NCBI RefSeq assembly: GCF_036321535.1
Contig: NC_087437.1
Span: forward strand, 16,060,001-16,124,000
Source of the DNA: Camelus dromedarius
Lineage: Eukaryota
DNA length: 64,000 bases
Direction: 5' to 3'
The position numbers were made by a program, and so were the translations under genes. Below the pieces are notes generated by a model that saw only the letters and a program-made list of their open reading frames with translations, searched no databases and was not told the origin of the DNA. Below, in pieces: positions 1 to 13,560 of this stretch. Position 1 is the first letter of the stretch, and each line of letters opens with the position of its first letter.

Positions 1-240
1 GGTAGTTGGCAATAGATCACGCCTGACCGCTGGTACATCCCCGTGGCACACGCAGCTCAGAACACATTTTCTTCTCTTCTCTTTGTTTCCCTCTCCTTTA
101 CACTTCTGACCTTTTCTCCTTATTGCTTTTCACACCTCTTGCAAACATCCATTTCTTTTTATACCCATTTAATCAGTCCATTCATGCACTCCCTCACTTA
201 TTTATTTACTCACTCATTTATTTATTTACTAACTCATTTT

Positions 241-380
241 CTTCTTTTTTGGGGGGTAATTAGGATTTATTTATTCATTTATTTACTTAATTACTTATTT
301 TTAATGGAGGTACTGGGGATTGAACCCAGGACCTCGTGCATGCTAAGCATGTGCTCTACCACTGAGCCGTACCCTCCCCC
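241..380 (-). mobile_element. tRNA-derived SINE (camelid Vic-1-like)
   Basis: Minus strand reads ggggagggtacggctcagtggtagagcacatgcttagcatgcacgaggtcctgggttcaatccccagtacctccattaaaa with A/B boxes and a cctaattacccc tail; same family as five other copies in the window. Confidence 0.9.
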
Positions 381-1007
381 CTTACTCATTATGAAGAGAC
401 AGTTATTCAGCATCTCTTGTGTGCACAGCTGTGGATTAGACACTGCGAGGGATACAGTGATGCTTAGACACCATTGTTCCTCCCATGAAACTCATTAACT
501 GAAATATTTCCAGGACCTCGACACAAAGTGCAAAGCTGCAAGGTGGTGGATTCTAAGCACCGTGTGCTGGACAGATGCAGCAAATGACAAAGGAATGAGA
601 GAGAAATGAGCAATCTCTCCCCTGGGGTGAGGGTGCTGGGCTGCAGAGGGGAAGCGAGCATCACGTCTATAGGCAGTGATGAGGGCCGTAGGTGGTGGAC
701 CATGATCTTTGGAATTATGGATTTTTCTCAATCCACAAATTCTAAAAGGACAGCTTGTGAGGGGACTAGCAGGAGCCGAGCATTTCTCTTCGCTCTCTCT
801 CCCTCCGTGTAGCTCCCAACTCTTGACCTCTTCTATCCTACCCCATCCTTTCTAACTCCTCACCTCCCCATGCTCAGTCTCATTCTGCCTCTTTCAATAC
901 GAGGCATTTTGAACGGCAGATGATTCTGGGGTTTAAGCTTTCAGAACAGAGAAGAAAAAAAGGTGTCGTCGGAGAGCATGGCTGTCCAGATGGCTGCGTG
1001 GTTGCTG

Positions 1008-1082
1008 TGAGCGTGTGTGTGTTCTTGTGTGCGTGTTTGTATGTATGCGTATGGTCACGTGTTTACATGCATACGTGTGTAG
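1008..1082. repeat. Degenerate (TG)n / alternating purine-pyrimidine microsatellite
   Basis: gcgtgtgtgtgttcttgtgtgcgtgtttgtatgtatgcgt...acatgcatacgtgtgt. Confidence 0.75.
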
Positions 1083-2349
1083 TGAGAAAATAAGAGTGGA
1101 AGTGTGGAAGCCTCCAGCTGGTGACCACAGCCCCGGCGCCATGGAGACAAAGGTTGTGACGATCTCCCTTTATCCAGCGAGAAGGGAATGGTAATTTCTG
1201 CATCATGTCGAGCACGTAACATCGGTAGCCTTTGTTAGCAGTATTTCCCTTGGAGAGTTGAAGGCAGAAAACTGGCTGAAATATTTTAGTGTCCCAGCTT
1301 CTGGGAATAATAATCCTGCCAGGCTGTCATGTTTCGCCGGGCTTGGCTGTCTTCTCTCTCTCTCTAAGCATGTGTGAACAAACCTGCCACTTATATTGGT
1401 TTGCTTTGATTTCTGCCCCTCCCTCCCCTTCCCCTGCTATTCCCGAACCTGCCCATCTGCTTGTCTTGCCATCTGCACCTTCCCAGGCTGCAGCAGAGCC
1501 GAGGGACCCTGCATTACCAATATCCAAAATATTTATCTTTGTCCTCACCCATGTGCCTCTCCAGGAACATTTCTCATGCCCTTTGTTCCCCCTCCAATGG
1601 GCCCTTTCTTCTTAACCTTCCCTGGTTTTGTAGTCCCAGCCTCACTGTCACCTTTCAATCTGTGATTTCTCTTTGGGAATTCTGGAATTTGGGTGTCAGA
1701 GAGTTTACAGTCAATGAGAGAAGCATGCAGCTGCTTCTTGGTGGCATACGGCTATTATAAAATCAAGGTCAAGTTAACCAGCAGTTCCTGATCTGTGGGC
1801 GGTGGGGCTCTGAGGAACACAGTGCTGTCACACTGCTTTGGTGAATCTACACGTGAATGTAAATTACTTTCAGCCAACAGATAATTTGTTTTAAAAGAGA
1901 ACTTTCAAAATCAACATTTGAGCCTGTCCCTCTGCAAGAACAGTTTAGAAACATGAATGGAAGCCCCAGATTGTATAAGAGATGAAAGAGAGACGAAACA
2001 GCAGGCAGCATAAACGCCTAACGGCTCACTCAGCTCCATTAAGGGAGGAGGTGGATGAACACGAGGACCACCAAGACGTCATGACATGTCTAACCATGTT
2101 CCAGGGCACCCTGAGCTCTTCCGCTCTGGGTGAGATCCAGGTCCTCCCACCCTGACCTTAGGATACAGTGTGACCCCTGTCAGTGCCTGTCCCACTGTTT
2201 GGGTTATGAGTAGGTAGATGACAAGGAAAGAATTGGACCAAGAGCAGTCCAGAATCAATCATTAAGTCAGCTGATAAGTGTCTATCCTGTGCCTAGAAGT
2301 GCCCCAACTGGGCAGGGGACTATGGAGTGGGTCCTGATTGAGGAGTAGT

Positions 2350-2515
2350 GACTAATAGTTATTATAGCCAACATCTCATGTTAGTGTCTTTTGTGTTGAC
2401 AGAGAACTTTGGAACACATGGACTCATTTGATTTCATAATTACCCTATGACTTAGGCATTATTGTTCTCATTTTTCCAGTAAGGAAGCAGGGGCTTAAAG
2501 GGGCTTGAGGCTTAA
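2350..2515 (-). mobile_element. MIR SINE fossil
   Basis: ctcatttgatttcataattaccctatga...attattgttctcatttttccagtaaggaagcaggggctt. Confidence 0.65.
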
Positions 2516-4554
2516 AGGATTAGAGGAGGGTCAGCAGGACAACCCTTCTCTGTTTCTGCCTTCTGTTTCCTGCTCTAAAATGGGGACAGTCCCTCTGTGC
2601 TCCCCATGGCATAGCCTCCAAGCTCAGAAGGGTTATTCAGAGCCAGCCAGTGCCATCCTGCTGAGAGGAGGGGACCTCAGTGGGCAGTCTGGTGACCCTT
2701 CCACAATTTTCTCTGTGACACTGAACCATGAAAAGCTTTCCCCTGCCTCTGGGTGGCTGGGAGATGGGTGTGTGTTTGTTGAGGGGTGTAAGTTATTCCC
2801 AAGGTGAACTGGATCCTGACAATGGATGTAAGGGTCACATGAGAGAAGGGTTTGGACAAGTTGATTGCCAAGGGATTTGGACTTGATCTGACATCAGACT
2901 CTGTCTTGAGAGGCTGTTTGGGGCTGGTCCTTCCTCTGTTTGGGAGCTGCGGACCACATCTGTCGTGTTGGTGCTGTCCAGCTGAGGCAGGGTGTCCTAC
3001 TCGTCTTTCCTGGGGCTGCCCAGCTGTGCCATATCAATGCTGCTTTGTGCTGCTTTCACGAGCTCTGCCCAGTGGAGGCGGGCAGCTCATTGTAGCTGAT
3101 CTAGGTACCTGACAGAAAGGGCTATGGTTGGCATCAGTCCGTTAGAGAAAGTAACCAGTAGTCTTCTCTTGACCCTAGGGTCTAAGGAGATTTTGTAGTC
3201 ATCTTTTGGTACATTGATTAAACATTAGATACACTTCTTCTCTTGGAGGCAAGCATGACGGGGGACACCAAAGGGTCTGTTGAGTCCTGAGATCCAGAGA
3301 GCCTCCATCTCCTTCCATGATGACCCCAGTCAGGTATACAGTCAGACTACTTAAGGATCTTGTATCACCTGGAGAGCATCAGGGTAGGATGCTCACCCAG
3401 TCCATCAGTGGTGGCAGAGAACTACCATATTTGAGCACCTCCAATGTGCCAAGCCCCTACCAAGCTCTTTACAAAGACAAGGTTGGCCAGAAACTGGGGT
3501 CAGAGTGCTTTTAGAACTTGCCCAGCATCTCACAGCCAGCAAATGACGTTTCTTGGTTTCCTGCTCAGGTTTGTGGCTATTTTATCCTCAGACTGATCAA
3601 AAATCGCATTATGGCGAGCTGTGTAAGCTGTAAACTCTCTCTAAGCTATTGCCACATAGCTGGGCCACTTTAGCTGTCAAAAAAATGTCCATCATCTTTG
3701 GTCAGGATTGGTCATGAATTATGCAAGCTTGGATTTATGTGAGGTCTTTTGGGATACAGCCTTGCACTGAATGCAGCTGCCTTAAGTTTAAAATAGATCA
3801 GATCAGGTGGAACTCTCTCTGTTCCAGCGGCCAAGCGATCTGCAGAGAGGTTGTTAACACCACTAACTTCTGCAGTCACTCTCTGGCACCCGGCCCCAGG
3901 TTCAGACTGATGGCCAGATCATCTGGCTGTCAGAGAGAATTAAAGTGAATGACAAACTTTACTTCTCTTTTCTGCCAACTAGACTCAGAGTGTCAGAATG
4001 GGGGAAGAGGACCTCAGAGGAAATCTTCAAAAAAATAAGTGAGACAAATCAGACCTGCACATCTATGAAATCAACTTATAGCAAGGTAAAATCAAGTCCA
4101 TACATTTGGGACCAGACAAGCCAGAGAGAACAAGCTTAAAGACCCAGGAAGCCAGGCAGGTAATGGAGAGGAGCAAAGCAGGGTCAAGTCAGGTAATAGG
4201 GAGTGGTGGGGACTACGGTGGACTGAAGAGAACGGGGAGGGGAAGCCTGCTCAGTCCAAATCTTATAAACTGCAGATCCTGATGAAATATGTTGACATCT
4301 AATTAGAAAATTTCAAAACACTTGAGAGCCCAACAAATCCAACTCTGGACTTGGCCTGGTGGCTGTGGTTTGCAACTGCTGATTCAGAGGGCTCACTGCT
4401 ATACCCAGGCTTGCGTGGTGAGCGTGCTGTGTTGTTCCATCTCATTGCGCCGTGGGGCAGTCACCTTCCTTGTCTCCTGGACTCCTGGTGAAGCGGTGCG
4501 GAGGGGAAGGGGGTCCCGGGGTGGGTTCCTCTTGCTGCTGCTCCTCACGTGACT

Positions 4555-4680
4555 CATGCAAGTTCACTGAATTGCCATGCTCCCTCCTTTCCGGACTGTA
4601 AGATGGGACTAACCACACCTGCTTCCTAGTGCTGTGTGACAAGCGAAGGAGACGGGATAGAAAATCACTTTGCAAACCAT
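4555..4680 (+). mobile_element. MIR SINE fossil
   Basis: gcaagttcactgaa...ctgtaagatgggactaaccacacctgcttcctagtgctgtgtga...aaatcactttgcaaac. Confidence 0.6.
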
Positions 4681-5309
4681 GTGATGGACTGGGGATGAGC
4701 ATCATTTCAGAGATGATGTCCTGAGCCAGACAGCAATTTGCTGGACATTTTTTTTTCCTAGGCTGTTTTCTTCCAGGGAATCTCAGTCTCTTTGTTTGGG
4801 ACTAATGTCCTCCAGAGCAGAGAAATGACACGTATTGGCTTGTCCGTTCTTCAGGGAAGGAAGGCGTAGGCACCAGGAAGGAGAAGTAGTGAAATCTGTG
4901 TCCCAGGGAGTTAAGGAAGAGGGCAGGAATGGGGCACAGAACCGGTGTACCCGTCACAGTTTCGTCCAGCCCCTCAGACGAGCCCGACTGTTTTTCCGTG
5001 TCATATGTTTGGAGAAACAACACTTGGCCCTTCCTTTTCAGGTTGCATCGGCAGCATTTATATTTGACATTTATATTACGCACAGTTCATTGCCTGTGGA
5101 ATACCAACACATTCCTCCTGCCCACAGCAAGCCATTATGTAACGTTGTTTAAAAAAATACTACACTACTCTGGTAGTAGTCATAAGCCCCTATAGCTTGT
5201 CCTCATTCAAGGCATTTTTGAAGTTCCTAGACAATTAAAGTCACTCAGAGATGCCACTTTTCCCACAAATGAATTACTAGCCCACCAGTTCCTCTGAGCA
5301 TATCACCTA

Positions 5310-5432
5310 ATTTGCATGATTCCTTGGTTAAATATAGTATTTGCATACATAAAGAATAATCCTTGCATAGGAAAAAGAATTTTATGATACTGCAATATAT
5401 TGAGCTCTTTGGAGGAAAGATATTATGTAAAT
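5310..5432. promoter_or_regulatory. Candidate POU-factor site cluster in AT-rich unique sequence
   Basis: ATTTGCAT at 5310-5317 and 5339-5346, and ATGTAAAT at 5425-5432; motif match only. Confidence 0.3.
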
Positions 5433-5917
5433 CTCAAAATTAAATATTAAAACAATATTACATTTCTGCCTGTAAAAATTTAGAGTGTTAAGATCTATTG
5501 GCTGAATCTAGTCCATTTTTAAGGGAGGGTCTCATTGGAAATGAGCAGGCGAAATTTGCTCCCAAGCAGAGAAAAGACTGAGTCAAAACTTCAGAAAAGA
5601 CTAGAATGACTTTAAGGTAAACTTTCATTGAAGTGAGTAAGGAAAAGTTAAAAAAAAAAACCTTAAGTAAATGAAAATTTCACTGTTCTTAATTCAATTT
5701 CATAGTTCATTTCATTGCTTTCTTCTCATTGTTAGTTCCCAAAAGGTTGTTTTTCTTGTTTCTGAAGCCCTGGCTTTGAGAAGGAACTTCCAAGCTGCCT
5801 CAGAGAGGTCCTGCCATCGGCAGACAGTGTTTGTTGTCTGTTGGGCTGAGCAGGTCAGTACATAAGGCTTGACCTTGACCAAAGTCATGGCCTTACACTC
5901 CGGGCAGCCTTGATTCT

Positions 5918-5931
5918 CCACTAGATGGTAA
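5918..5931 (+). promoter_or_regulatory. Possible CTCF-like motif
   Basis: CCACTAGATGGTA resembles the CCASYAGRKGGC core with one mismatch; motif match only. Confidence 0.2.
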
Positions 5932-7349
5932 GCTCTGCAGAGAATCAGACTTTCAAACCTACTCCAGCGTCATGAGGGAGGACCACACAGCACTAGGCAC
6001 AGAGCCTGATAAATACTTTCCAGGTTCCTTTAGTCCCTGCTTATGTGCTTTAGTATATAAATGTTTGGTTGATGTGTAGTGATCAGAATATGGCCTCGTG
6101 GTCCACCTGTGGGCAAGTGATCCCTGCAGCTCAGCTAAGGGACCAGGTATCTTCTTCCTCTGTGGCTCCAAGGAGGAAAAACCTAAGGGAATGATCTTAG
6201 GATGTTCCCAGGAGCCCTGATGCTCTCAGAGGAACATGGTGAAATTCAACTGCATTCAAAGGGGGGTCTGCTTGTTGGTTTGTTTAAGCGCGCTAACTTT
6301 GGAAATGCACTCATTCATTCCACTGGTCTCTGTGACTGCTTCCCTGTGCTGGCCCTTTGGCTCCTGCTTCTAGGGGTTCCCATTCACTTACTCAGCAGAT
6401 ATTCCTAAAGGCCTTCCATGTGCCATTCACGGCTCCAGACACCGGAAACACAAGAGCAAACAGCATAGATAAGAGCCAGTGCCTTGGGGAGTTCACATTC
6501 TGGTCCCCAGAACCCACTGAGGCTGGGATCGGAGGCCCAGAAAGTCACCAAGGGAGCAGGTGACTATCTGGGAAGCGACTTGGGAGGGAGGGCTTGAGTT
6601 GGGCTATGGGTACCACAACCCACTGCAATGACAAACCTCCGTTTGCAAAAGTTAGGATGCAATCCCCTGCCATTGCTAGAGACTGTTTCAGTCTGGCTGG
6701 AGTGGTTGTTGCCACACAGTGATGGTATCGAGGTGGGTGTTTTGTTGTTCATGATCTGAACTTCTCACGGATGGACATCACCTGCTGGGCCCCGCTGGGC
6801 TGGGTGTAGGAATGCTGCCCACTCTTCGCCCTGAGAGTGCCTAGGGATGCTGTTGACGGCTTGAGGATGGTTACGTTGTGACCAGAGGGCCCCACCAGTC
6901 CCAGGGACTGCATGCTCATTTTATCCCATCCTGGGCCAGGCCCTCAAAGTACCTAAGTACATGGCTTGTTAAGTGAAAATGGTACTGCTGGAGTGAGATG
7001 TAGCAAATTCCTTTCCTTGTTTAAAGTCCGAATGAGATTGTTACCACCCTCATTACAGAGGGAACCTCTTGTTGGATTATGAGACAGCTTCCTTTCGACT
7101 TGTGGGCCTGGCCAAGGGGGTGGGAGGGAGGAGGAGTCCAGTGATGAGTCTGCCCCTCCATCCCCTGGCAAAGGTCAGTTCCTTGAGCCGCCTGTCATCT
7201 CCAGGAGACCGTGCCCTGCATCCATCTTAGTGGCTCCTGTTCCCCAGTGTCTAGCCAGGGGCCTGAGATAACAGCGTTCAAGAAACGCTCATTGAATGAA
7301 TTAAGAAATTATCACATGCATGTATGAATGGGTGCTTCAATCTCTTTAA

Positions 7350-7736
7350 AAAATTTTTTTCTCCTTTAATTTTATTTTTTATTGAGCTGTAGTTGATTTA
7401 CAATGTTCATTTCAGGTGTACAACAAAGTGATTCAGTTATACATATACATACATATATACACACACACATATTTTCAGATTCTTTTCCATTATAGTTTAT
7501 TGCAAGATATTGAATATAGTTCCCTGTGCTGTACAGTAGGACTTTGTTGTTTATCTATTTTATGTGTAGTAGTTTGTATCTGCAAATCCCAACTCTTAAT
7601 TTATCCCTCCCTCTCCCCTTTCCCCTTTGGTAACCATAGTTTGTTTTCTAAGTCTGTGAGTCTATTTCTGGTTTGTATATCAAATTTGTATCTTTTTTAG
7701 ACTCTACGTGTAAGTGATATCACCTGATATTTGTCA
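7350..7736 (-). mobile_element. 5'-truncated L1 3' UTR fragment (cetartiodactyl-type)
   Basis: agttgatttacaatg...caaagtgattcagttatacat...aatatagttccctgtgct...ccctttggtaaccatagtttgttttct; homologous to 32130 and 59226 copies. Confidence 0.88.
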
Positions 7737-10700
7737 CCTCAGTCTTTCTTAAACTCATCTCAGGCATCAGCAAATGGTGCGGCTTGCACTTTCCCTGAGA
7801 GCTTTCCTTCCTCGGGCATCTCTGGGAGGGTGCTCTCAGCTAAGACCCCACATTCTTCCAGATGTTGGGGAGACCTGGACTTCCTGGGTGCACTGTCCTC
7901 CCAAAGCACAGCCCTGTGGAAGACACCCTGATCAGCCTGGGCTGCCCCCTCCCCGCAGGCAGGGCCCCAGCTGCTCCGGCAGGCCCCAGCGGGGGTGTCG
8001 GGGTGGCATTCCGACGCAGCTCTCTGTCCACCTGCACGCCAGCTCCGCGCCTATCATTTTCACAGCACCATCCATGTTAAACAGGCAGGAGCACCAGGGG
8101 TTTTTGAATGCAGCAATTAACAAAACAGTAATCAAGCTAAGTGTTTAATTTCAGAAAATTAACATCTTCTCTGAGCGGATGTGAAAGATGGAGGGAAAAA
8201 GGCACATTCAATATTCTGGGTAAATAAAGGCAAACGCCAGAGCCACAAATATTTTCCAGTGCAAGGGGGACTCTTTACCAACCCTCAGGCCTTGGGGTCT
8301 GTTTCCTTCTGAGAGCACAGCCATAGGACAACGTCTGCTATAGAATTGAGTCCTAGGAATTCAAAATGCGTACGTTTCTTTTCTTCTCTTTTTATTCCCC
8401 CCAGACAGAGAAAATGCTTTATCTATCTAGAAGAGCTCAGGGGAACAAGCACACATTCCTGCCCCTGTGAGCCTGTCTGCCCCAGACAAGACCCTGGTGT
8501 GTGTATTGCCCCTCTGAGCCATACTAGTTACGAGGACAACATAATGAGTTCCAGAGTGTGCATGTGTTTTTGGCATGCGTGGGCCGTATTTCTCCTGATA
8601 GACTAAGGGCTCCAGAGGGAAAAGGCTAGGGCTCCCTACTCACATCCCCCTGCACCTCCACATGGTGTCTGTCCTCTGTCCCAGGATAGCCTGGCGCGCC
8701 TGATACAATGTTCACCTTCTCCTGGCACCTCATAACCCAATGGGCTGGCTTTGTTTGCAGGAACAGGTTTGCATGTGGGGAAGGACTCTTGTGAAGAGGT
8801 GCATGTGTGAGAGGGAGCTGGGTGAAGACAGGACCTCCCGGTGTCTATTGGCTCATCTGGTGTCCTAGAAAGGTGGGAGGGCAAGGAGGGCAAGGATAGT
8901 GGCTTTGCAGGAGGGTGGCAGTGAGGTCTGAGGCACACATAAGCAGCCATGAGGCTCCCGAGGAGGTGCTGTAGCTCAGCTGGGTGGTGGGCTGGGTCAG
9001 GGGGTTGAGTGGGGCACTGCCTGAGGGGACACGGGCCCACAGCCCCCCAGGGAGGGCGCTGGGAGTCTGGCTTAGTGGGCAGCTTTCCTAGGAGGTTCTT
9101 GCAGGCAGCAGACATGGAAAACAAAGAAACCAAAGCAAGAGAAGGAGTGGATGGTTTGCAAAGATGTGAGAGACATGCTGGGGGCTCCCAGAAGTGCACA
9201 AAGACGGCGCCCTCGGTTCTGCACATGCGCGACTTGTGGAGGTTCTGAGCACCCAAGTCGAGATGTTATTTATGCAGTTGGACATTCAGGCTTCTATTTT
9301 CTCTGTAGGTGGGAGATAAGCTTGGTGCTGAGTGTGAAAGAGGAGGCACTGGGGTTGAAGGTTTAAGGAAAAAATTTTAAGTTTGGCAGTCTGTTGCCCA
9401 GAATGGGAGAAGGTATGGTCCAGAGAAATTCAGCAGTTTCAGAAAGGGTTTTGAAGGCTCATCCGAAGTTAGTGATCTTGTATTTACAGAGCTGCCTACC
9501 TGCCCGGTTCTGTGACTTTCTCAGCAGCGCCTGGCTGTTCTGAGCAGACCCTGAGTTTTACCGTTGCACCCTGTGGCAGGGTAGAGGCAGCTCACACCCC
9601 AGGCTAAGGGGAGCATTGTCAGTTCTGTCATTGCCGAATGGAACCCACGCTGAAGAATGCGGACAGGCTCTGCACTGGGAGGAAGCGAAGGCCGAGGGCC
9701 AGAGGAGGCGGAGGGGGGCGGCGGGCTCGCCAGCGGTGGCCCCGGGTGGAAGCTTGCGTTCCAGAAGCATACTTGAATGCGTGGCTTTGAAAAGGGAGCA
9801 GCTTCAGGTGAAGCCAAGCCCAAGTGCCCGGCAGGAAAAGGCAGACAGGGAAGCGCTGTGGGGATTGGGGAAGCGAGAGTGCGCTGTTCAGGAGGACATT
9901 GGAGTCACCCACAGGAGCAAGGCTCAGATTGAGAAGGAGACAGTGGACACGCAAGGCTTCAGTGAGTCGGGGAGCGGTGGTGGGTAGAGTGCTGGACGGT
10001 CCCAAGTGCAGGGAGCAGCGGCCTCACCGGCTGGCATCCGTAAAGAAGGTGCAGGAGATGCTGAGCGGTGGTAGATAGGAACAAGGACACCGCCCACCTC
10101 CTGATCCTGAGATGTGTCGGGCATAACGTCATAAACCGCCACCGTTGAGAGCGCGGCAGGGCAGAGGTGTCTGCAGGGAGACCTACTGTTTCTTAAGGTG
10201 GGCATTGGAGGGAATGTTCTGGAAAGAGCCAGGTGGAGGCCACAGGGGAGTTTCCTGATTCTGGAACAGCCATTTGGAGGGTGCGGGCAGGGACATGCAC
10301 CATGGTGGAGGAGGAAGTCAGGGTCAAGGGGAAGGAGGGATGGTGGTGTGCAGGGAGGGGCTCAGAGCTGGGCTTTGCAGATGGAATCCTGCCTGCAGGA
10401 AAGGGGGCTCTTGGCGCCAAGACCAGAAGACTTTGACCTCTAGGCCTGGGGAAGAGCTGCAGCCACAGCTCCCCCGCCTGGTGTTGGTGGTGGTGATGTC
10501 AGGCGTTGGGGGTGGTGGTGTGTTCCCCGGCTGTGGTGGGTGCTCTGCTGAATGCATGTGAGTGAGAACCAGGGAGTCACGGGGTGCACAAGGCTGTGTG
10601 CTCGCCCCTCTGGCCACTCAGTGCTGACGTTTCTAATGAACTGCCTTCTGTGATCAAACAGTCGTTGCTCAGGTCCCACACCAGAAAGGCTGACAGGCCT

Positions 10701-11321
10701 GTGGGAGGCAGAGCGGAGCCATGTGCCTCAGCTTCCATCAAAGCCACCCTGGGGCACCTGCCTAGGATGGGTGCCATCTGGCAAGAACCCCCATTGCTCA
10801 AGGTCGCTTCACAGCCTCCTACCACCACAGGGCACAGCACTCCCATTTGCTGCCTTTTTCTGGTTCTCCCAGCGGGAAGAAGGAACGGAGAGAAAATGCC
10901 AGGCAGGGGTGATCCCGGGGGCAGAGGGACCCCAGGACACCAGTAGCCAGGATGCCTCGCCCTCCTGCCATAGGGCTCTGCACACGCCCACCTCTCTGTG
11001 GGGACCCAGATCTCTTTGAGGGATCAGAGGTCCAGAGGACAGTGCCCACCCATGAATGAGGGGACCCTGACTGCAGTGCTCCCGCATGCTGGGAACCCCC
11101 CGCCCAGGGCTCTGACAGTGCTGGGTGCTTGAGTGTGGGTGGAGGGGAGAGAGAGCCGGCATCCATCTCAGGGACGGGAGCTGGGCTGTTTCTGCCCTGC
11201 TCTAGCCCGCTGGGGACCTCCGGGAGTCACTTTCTCTTTCCATAACTTGTAAGAATTGACAGAAAACTGAATAACCTCGGATATCCTTTTAAAATTTAAC
11301 ATTCTGATTTCTAGAGTTCTA

Positions 11322-11472
11322 GACAGTTTTCAAACTTGAGTTTGCATCAGAATCCCCTGGAGGGCTTGTTAAAACTCAGGCCCCACCTCCAGAGTTTCTG
11401 ATTCAATAGGGCTGGGGTATTTCTTACCAGTTCCCAGGCGATGCTGATCCGGGAGCTCGTTTTGAGAATTAG
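11322..11472. mobile_element. MER5A-like hAT-Charlie MITE
   Basis: ttttcaaacttgagtttgcatcagaatcccctggagggcttgttaaaa...ccccacctccagagtttctgattcaatagg...ttcccaggcgatgctgat...tttgagaa. Confidence 0.8.
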
Positions 11473-12929
11473 CAGGGTCAGATCGATGATCCCAATAATG
11501 AACCTACCCCACCATCAGAGGTCATATCGGATACGAGGGCCTCTGCTGTAAACCCACATCCTCAGAGCAGCCCCCAGCCCCATCCCCCACTGCCACACCT
11601 TCCCTTGGCTTAAAACCAAACCTTTAGTGGACAGACCAGTGAAGGAGGCTCCTCTCTGGGGGTGTGGGGCTGATTCAGCCACCCAGGCTGGAAGCCCTCG
11701 CTTTCTCTCCTACTCACGCTTGAATGAGCCTGTGACAAGACTCAGCCAGTATTCAGCAGCATCCAACTGATGCCTCCTTCCACCCCAAGCAGTCCTCTGT
11801 CCCCAGGTGACTCAAGGTAGAGAGGGAAATTGGAAGGAGATGTCAGAGTCATTTCAAGCCACAGCCCAGAGCAAAAGCAGAGAAGCCAATGTCCACAGGA
11901 GGGGAAAACAATTAGAAAAATAATTAATTCTGCTTTTGTATTCATATCCAGCCTCCAAATGAATTGCTTATTTGTTTAATTTACTTTGACCAGAATTGTT
12001 ACTGCACCAAAAATATTTAATGAGTCAGGCTTCTTAATGGAAAATTCAAGCCTATTTGTGCAGTGAAATGAGTTTTCATCAACAGAGGGAGAACCGTGAT
12101 CTAAGCAGTACCTTCTCCATGGGGTCGTCTGCTAGAAAAGGGGTGGTGGAAAAAGCATGAGTCCTCTATGCGCAGTTCATCCTTTGCACAGTTCATCCAT
12201 GTGCAAATTGTTCTTTGTCATCAGTACTCATGGGCCTGATGTCTTTAGCTGACATTTAAATGCAGATTTTGGTTTTTCTCTAAGGATGTAGTTCATATAA
12301 GGAAAAAGATAACCTTTCACCCTCAGCAGTTCGTATTCAGTCCCATCATCCGTGCCTTTTAAGAACTCATGGAATTTAATCTGAGGGCTCAAGGGGGCTT
12401 CTGCAGGCAGCCTGGGAGTTTTGGATCTCTCCGTGAAACCTTCAGAGTCCGGGCTGGGGAGATAGGAAATGGACTGGCCTCGGGGCTCTGGGACTCTTGC
12501 TTCTGAATCACCCAGAGTAGCTCTGCATTGTTCTGTTCTCCACTTGATGCTTCAAGGAGTCTTTTCTTGGGAGAAAGGATTCCACAGCTTAAAAAGAAAA
12601 GAGGCTAGGAAAGCACTCATGTTAGGGGAACATCTCAGCTGAGACATCCCAGTGAGATGGGAATGGCCCCAGCCTCCCAGTTTCTGCCTCTGAGATCAAG
12701 CACTCCTGTCCCTGCTCCCTGCTCCCCTAGGACCGCTATATTCAGACACACTCCGTATTCCTTCCCAGGTACAGGCTGCAGAATCACAGCCCTGCCCCAC
12801 CTCTCCGCACATTTTTCTCCTTTAAAGGCCAATGTCCACATTTGCTGCAGCTATGCCATTTTCTGACCCCTTTAACTTCCAGCGCCTGTAGGGAAGAGCC
12901 CGCAATCTTTCCAGTAAGGGCAAACTTTT

Positions 12930-13560
12930 ACTGAACATCGATCATGTTGCTGACACAGTGGGAAGAGTCTAAAAACATGACTTCTGCCCTAAAGAGTTTA
13001 TTCCAGTGATGGAGACCCGAGAGGAGCACCTGGAAAGTTAGATCCCAGTGCACTGTGTCCCAAGATGGCAATTATAGCCCCTTGAGGGTTATTAAAAATA
13101 AAGACTTTAAGTTGGGAGAAGGGATGGGACCCTCTGGTGGGTGTAGTCTGGCACAGCTAAGCCAAGGCAGTGTGTGACCTGATCTGTACCTTTGAAGGCT
13201 GGTAGGACTATGAAGAGAGGTGGCCGTAGCGGGTGTTCCTGCAGGCAGAGATCCCCGAAGCTGAGTTCTGCTGGCACTTGGTGAGTGAAGCCTTGAGATG
13301 AGGATAGCGGGCTCCTGAGAGGGAGTGGAGGGAGGCAGCCTGGACTGGCCAGTGGCTGCCACAAGGGGAAATGTTAGGGAGGTAGTTGGGGCTTTTCCCA
13401 CTGGGGAGCCATTGGAGGTTTTTGAGCATCAGAGGAAGTGGATAAAAAGAGCTTTGGAAAGGTTAATCTGGCCACAGCATACTTTAAAGTGAAGAAGATG
13501 AGAGATGGACAAGGGAGTTGGGACAGGATATTAGGTGTAAGGAGATACGGGTGACAAGAC
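12930..13560 (-). mobile_element. L2 LINE fossil (degenerate)
   Basis: catgacttctgccctaaagagttta; ctggggagccattggaggtttttgagca; aaaggttaatctggc. Confidence 0.6.

Noticed and set aside
241..380. tRNA gene-like A/B boxes
   Set aside because: SINE head with an AT-rich tail, part of a dispersed family with TSDs; no full cloverleaf acceptor stem
43..498. 151-aa ORF and similar MEVLGIEPRT ORFs (14186, 18846, 31256)
   Set aside because: Translations of SINE copies and T-rich tails, not genes
8636..11166. Dense overlapping ORFs in a GC-rich stretch, with a small CpG cluster near 9680-9760
   Set aside because: Expected from GC content; no domain, splice chain or true CpG island
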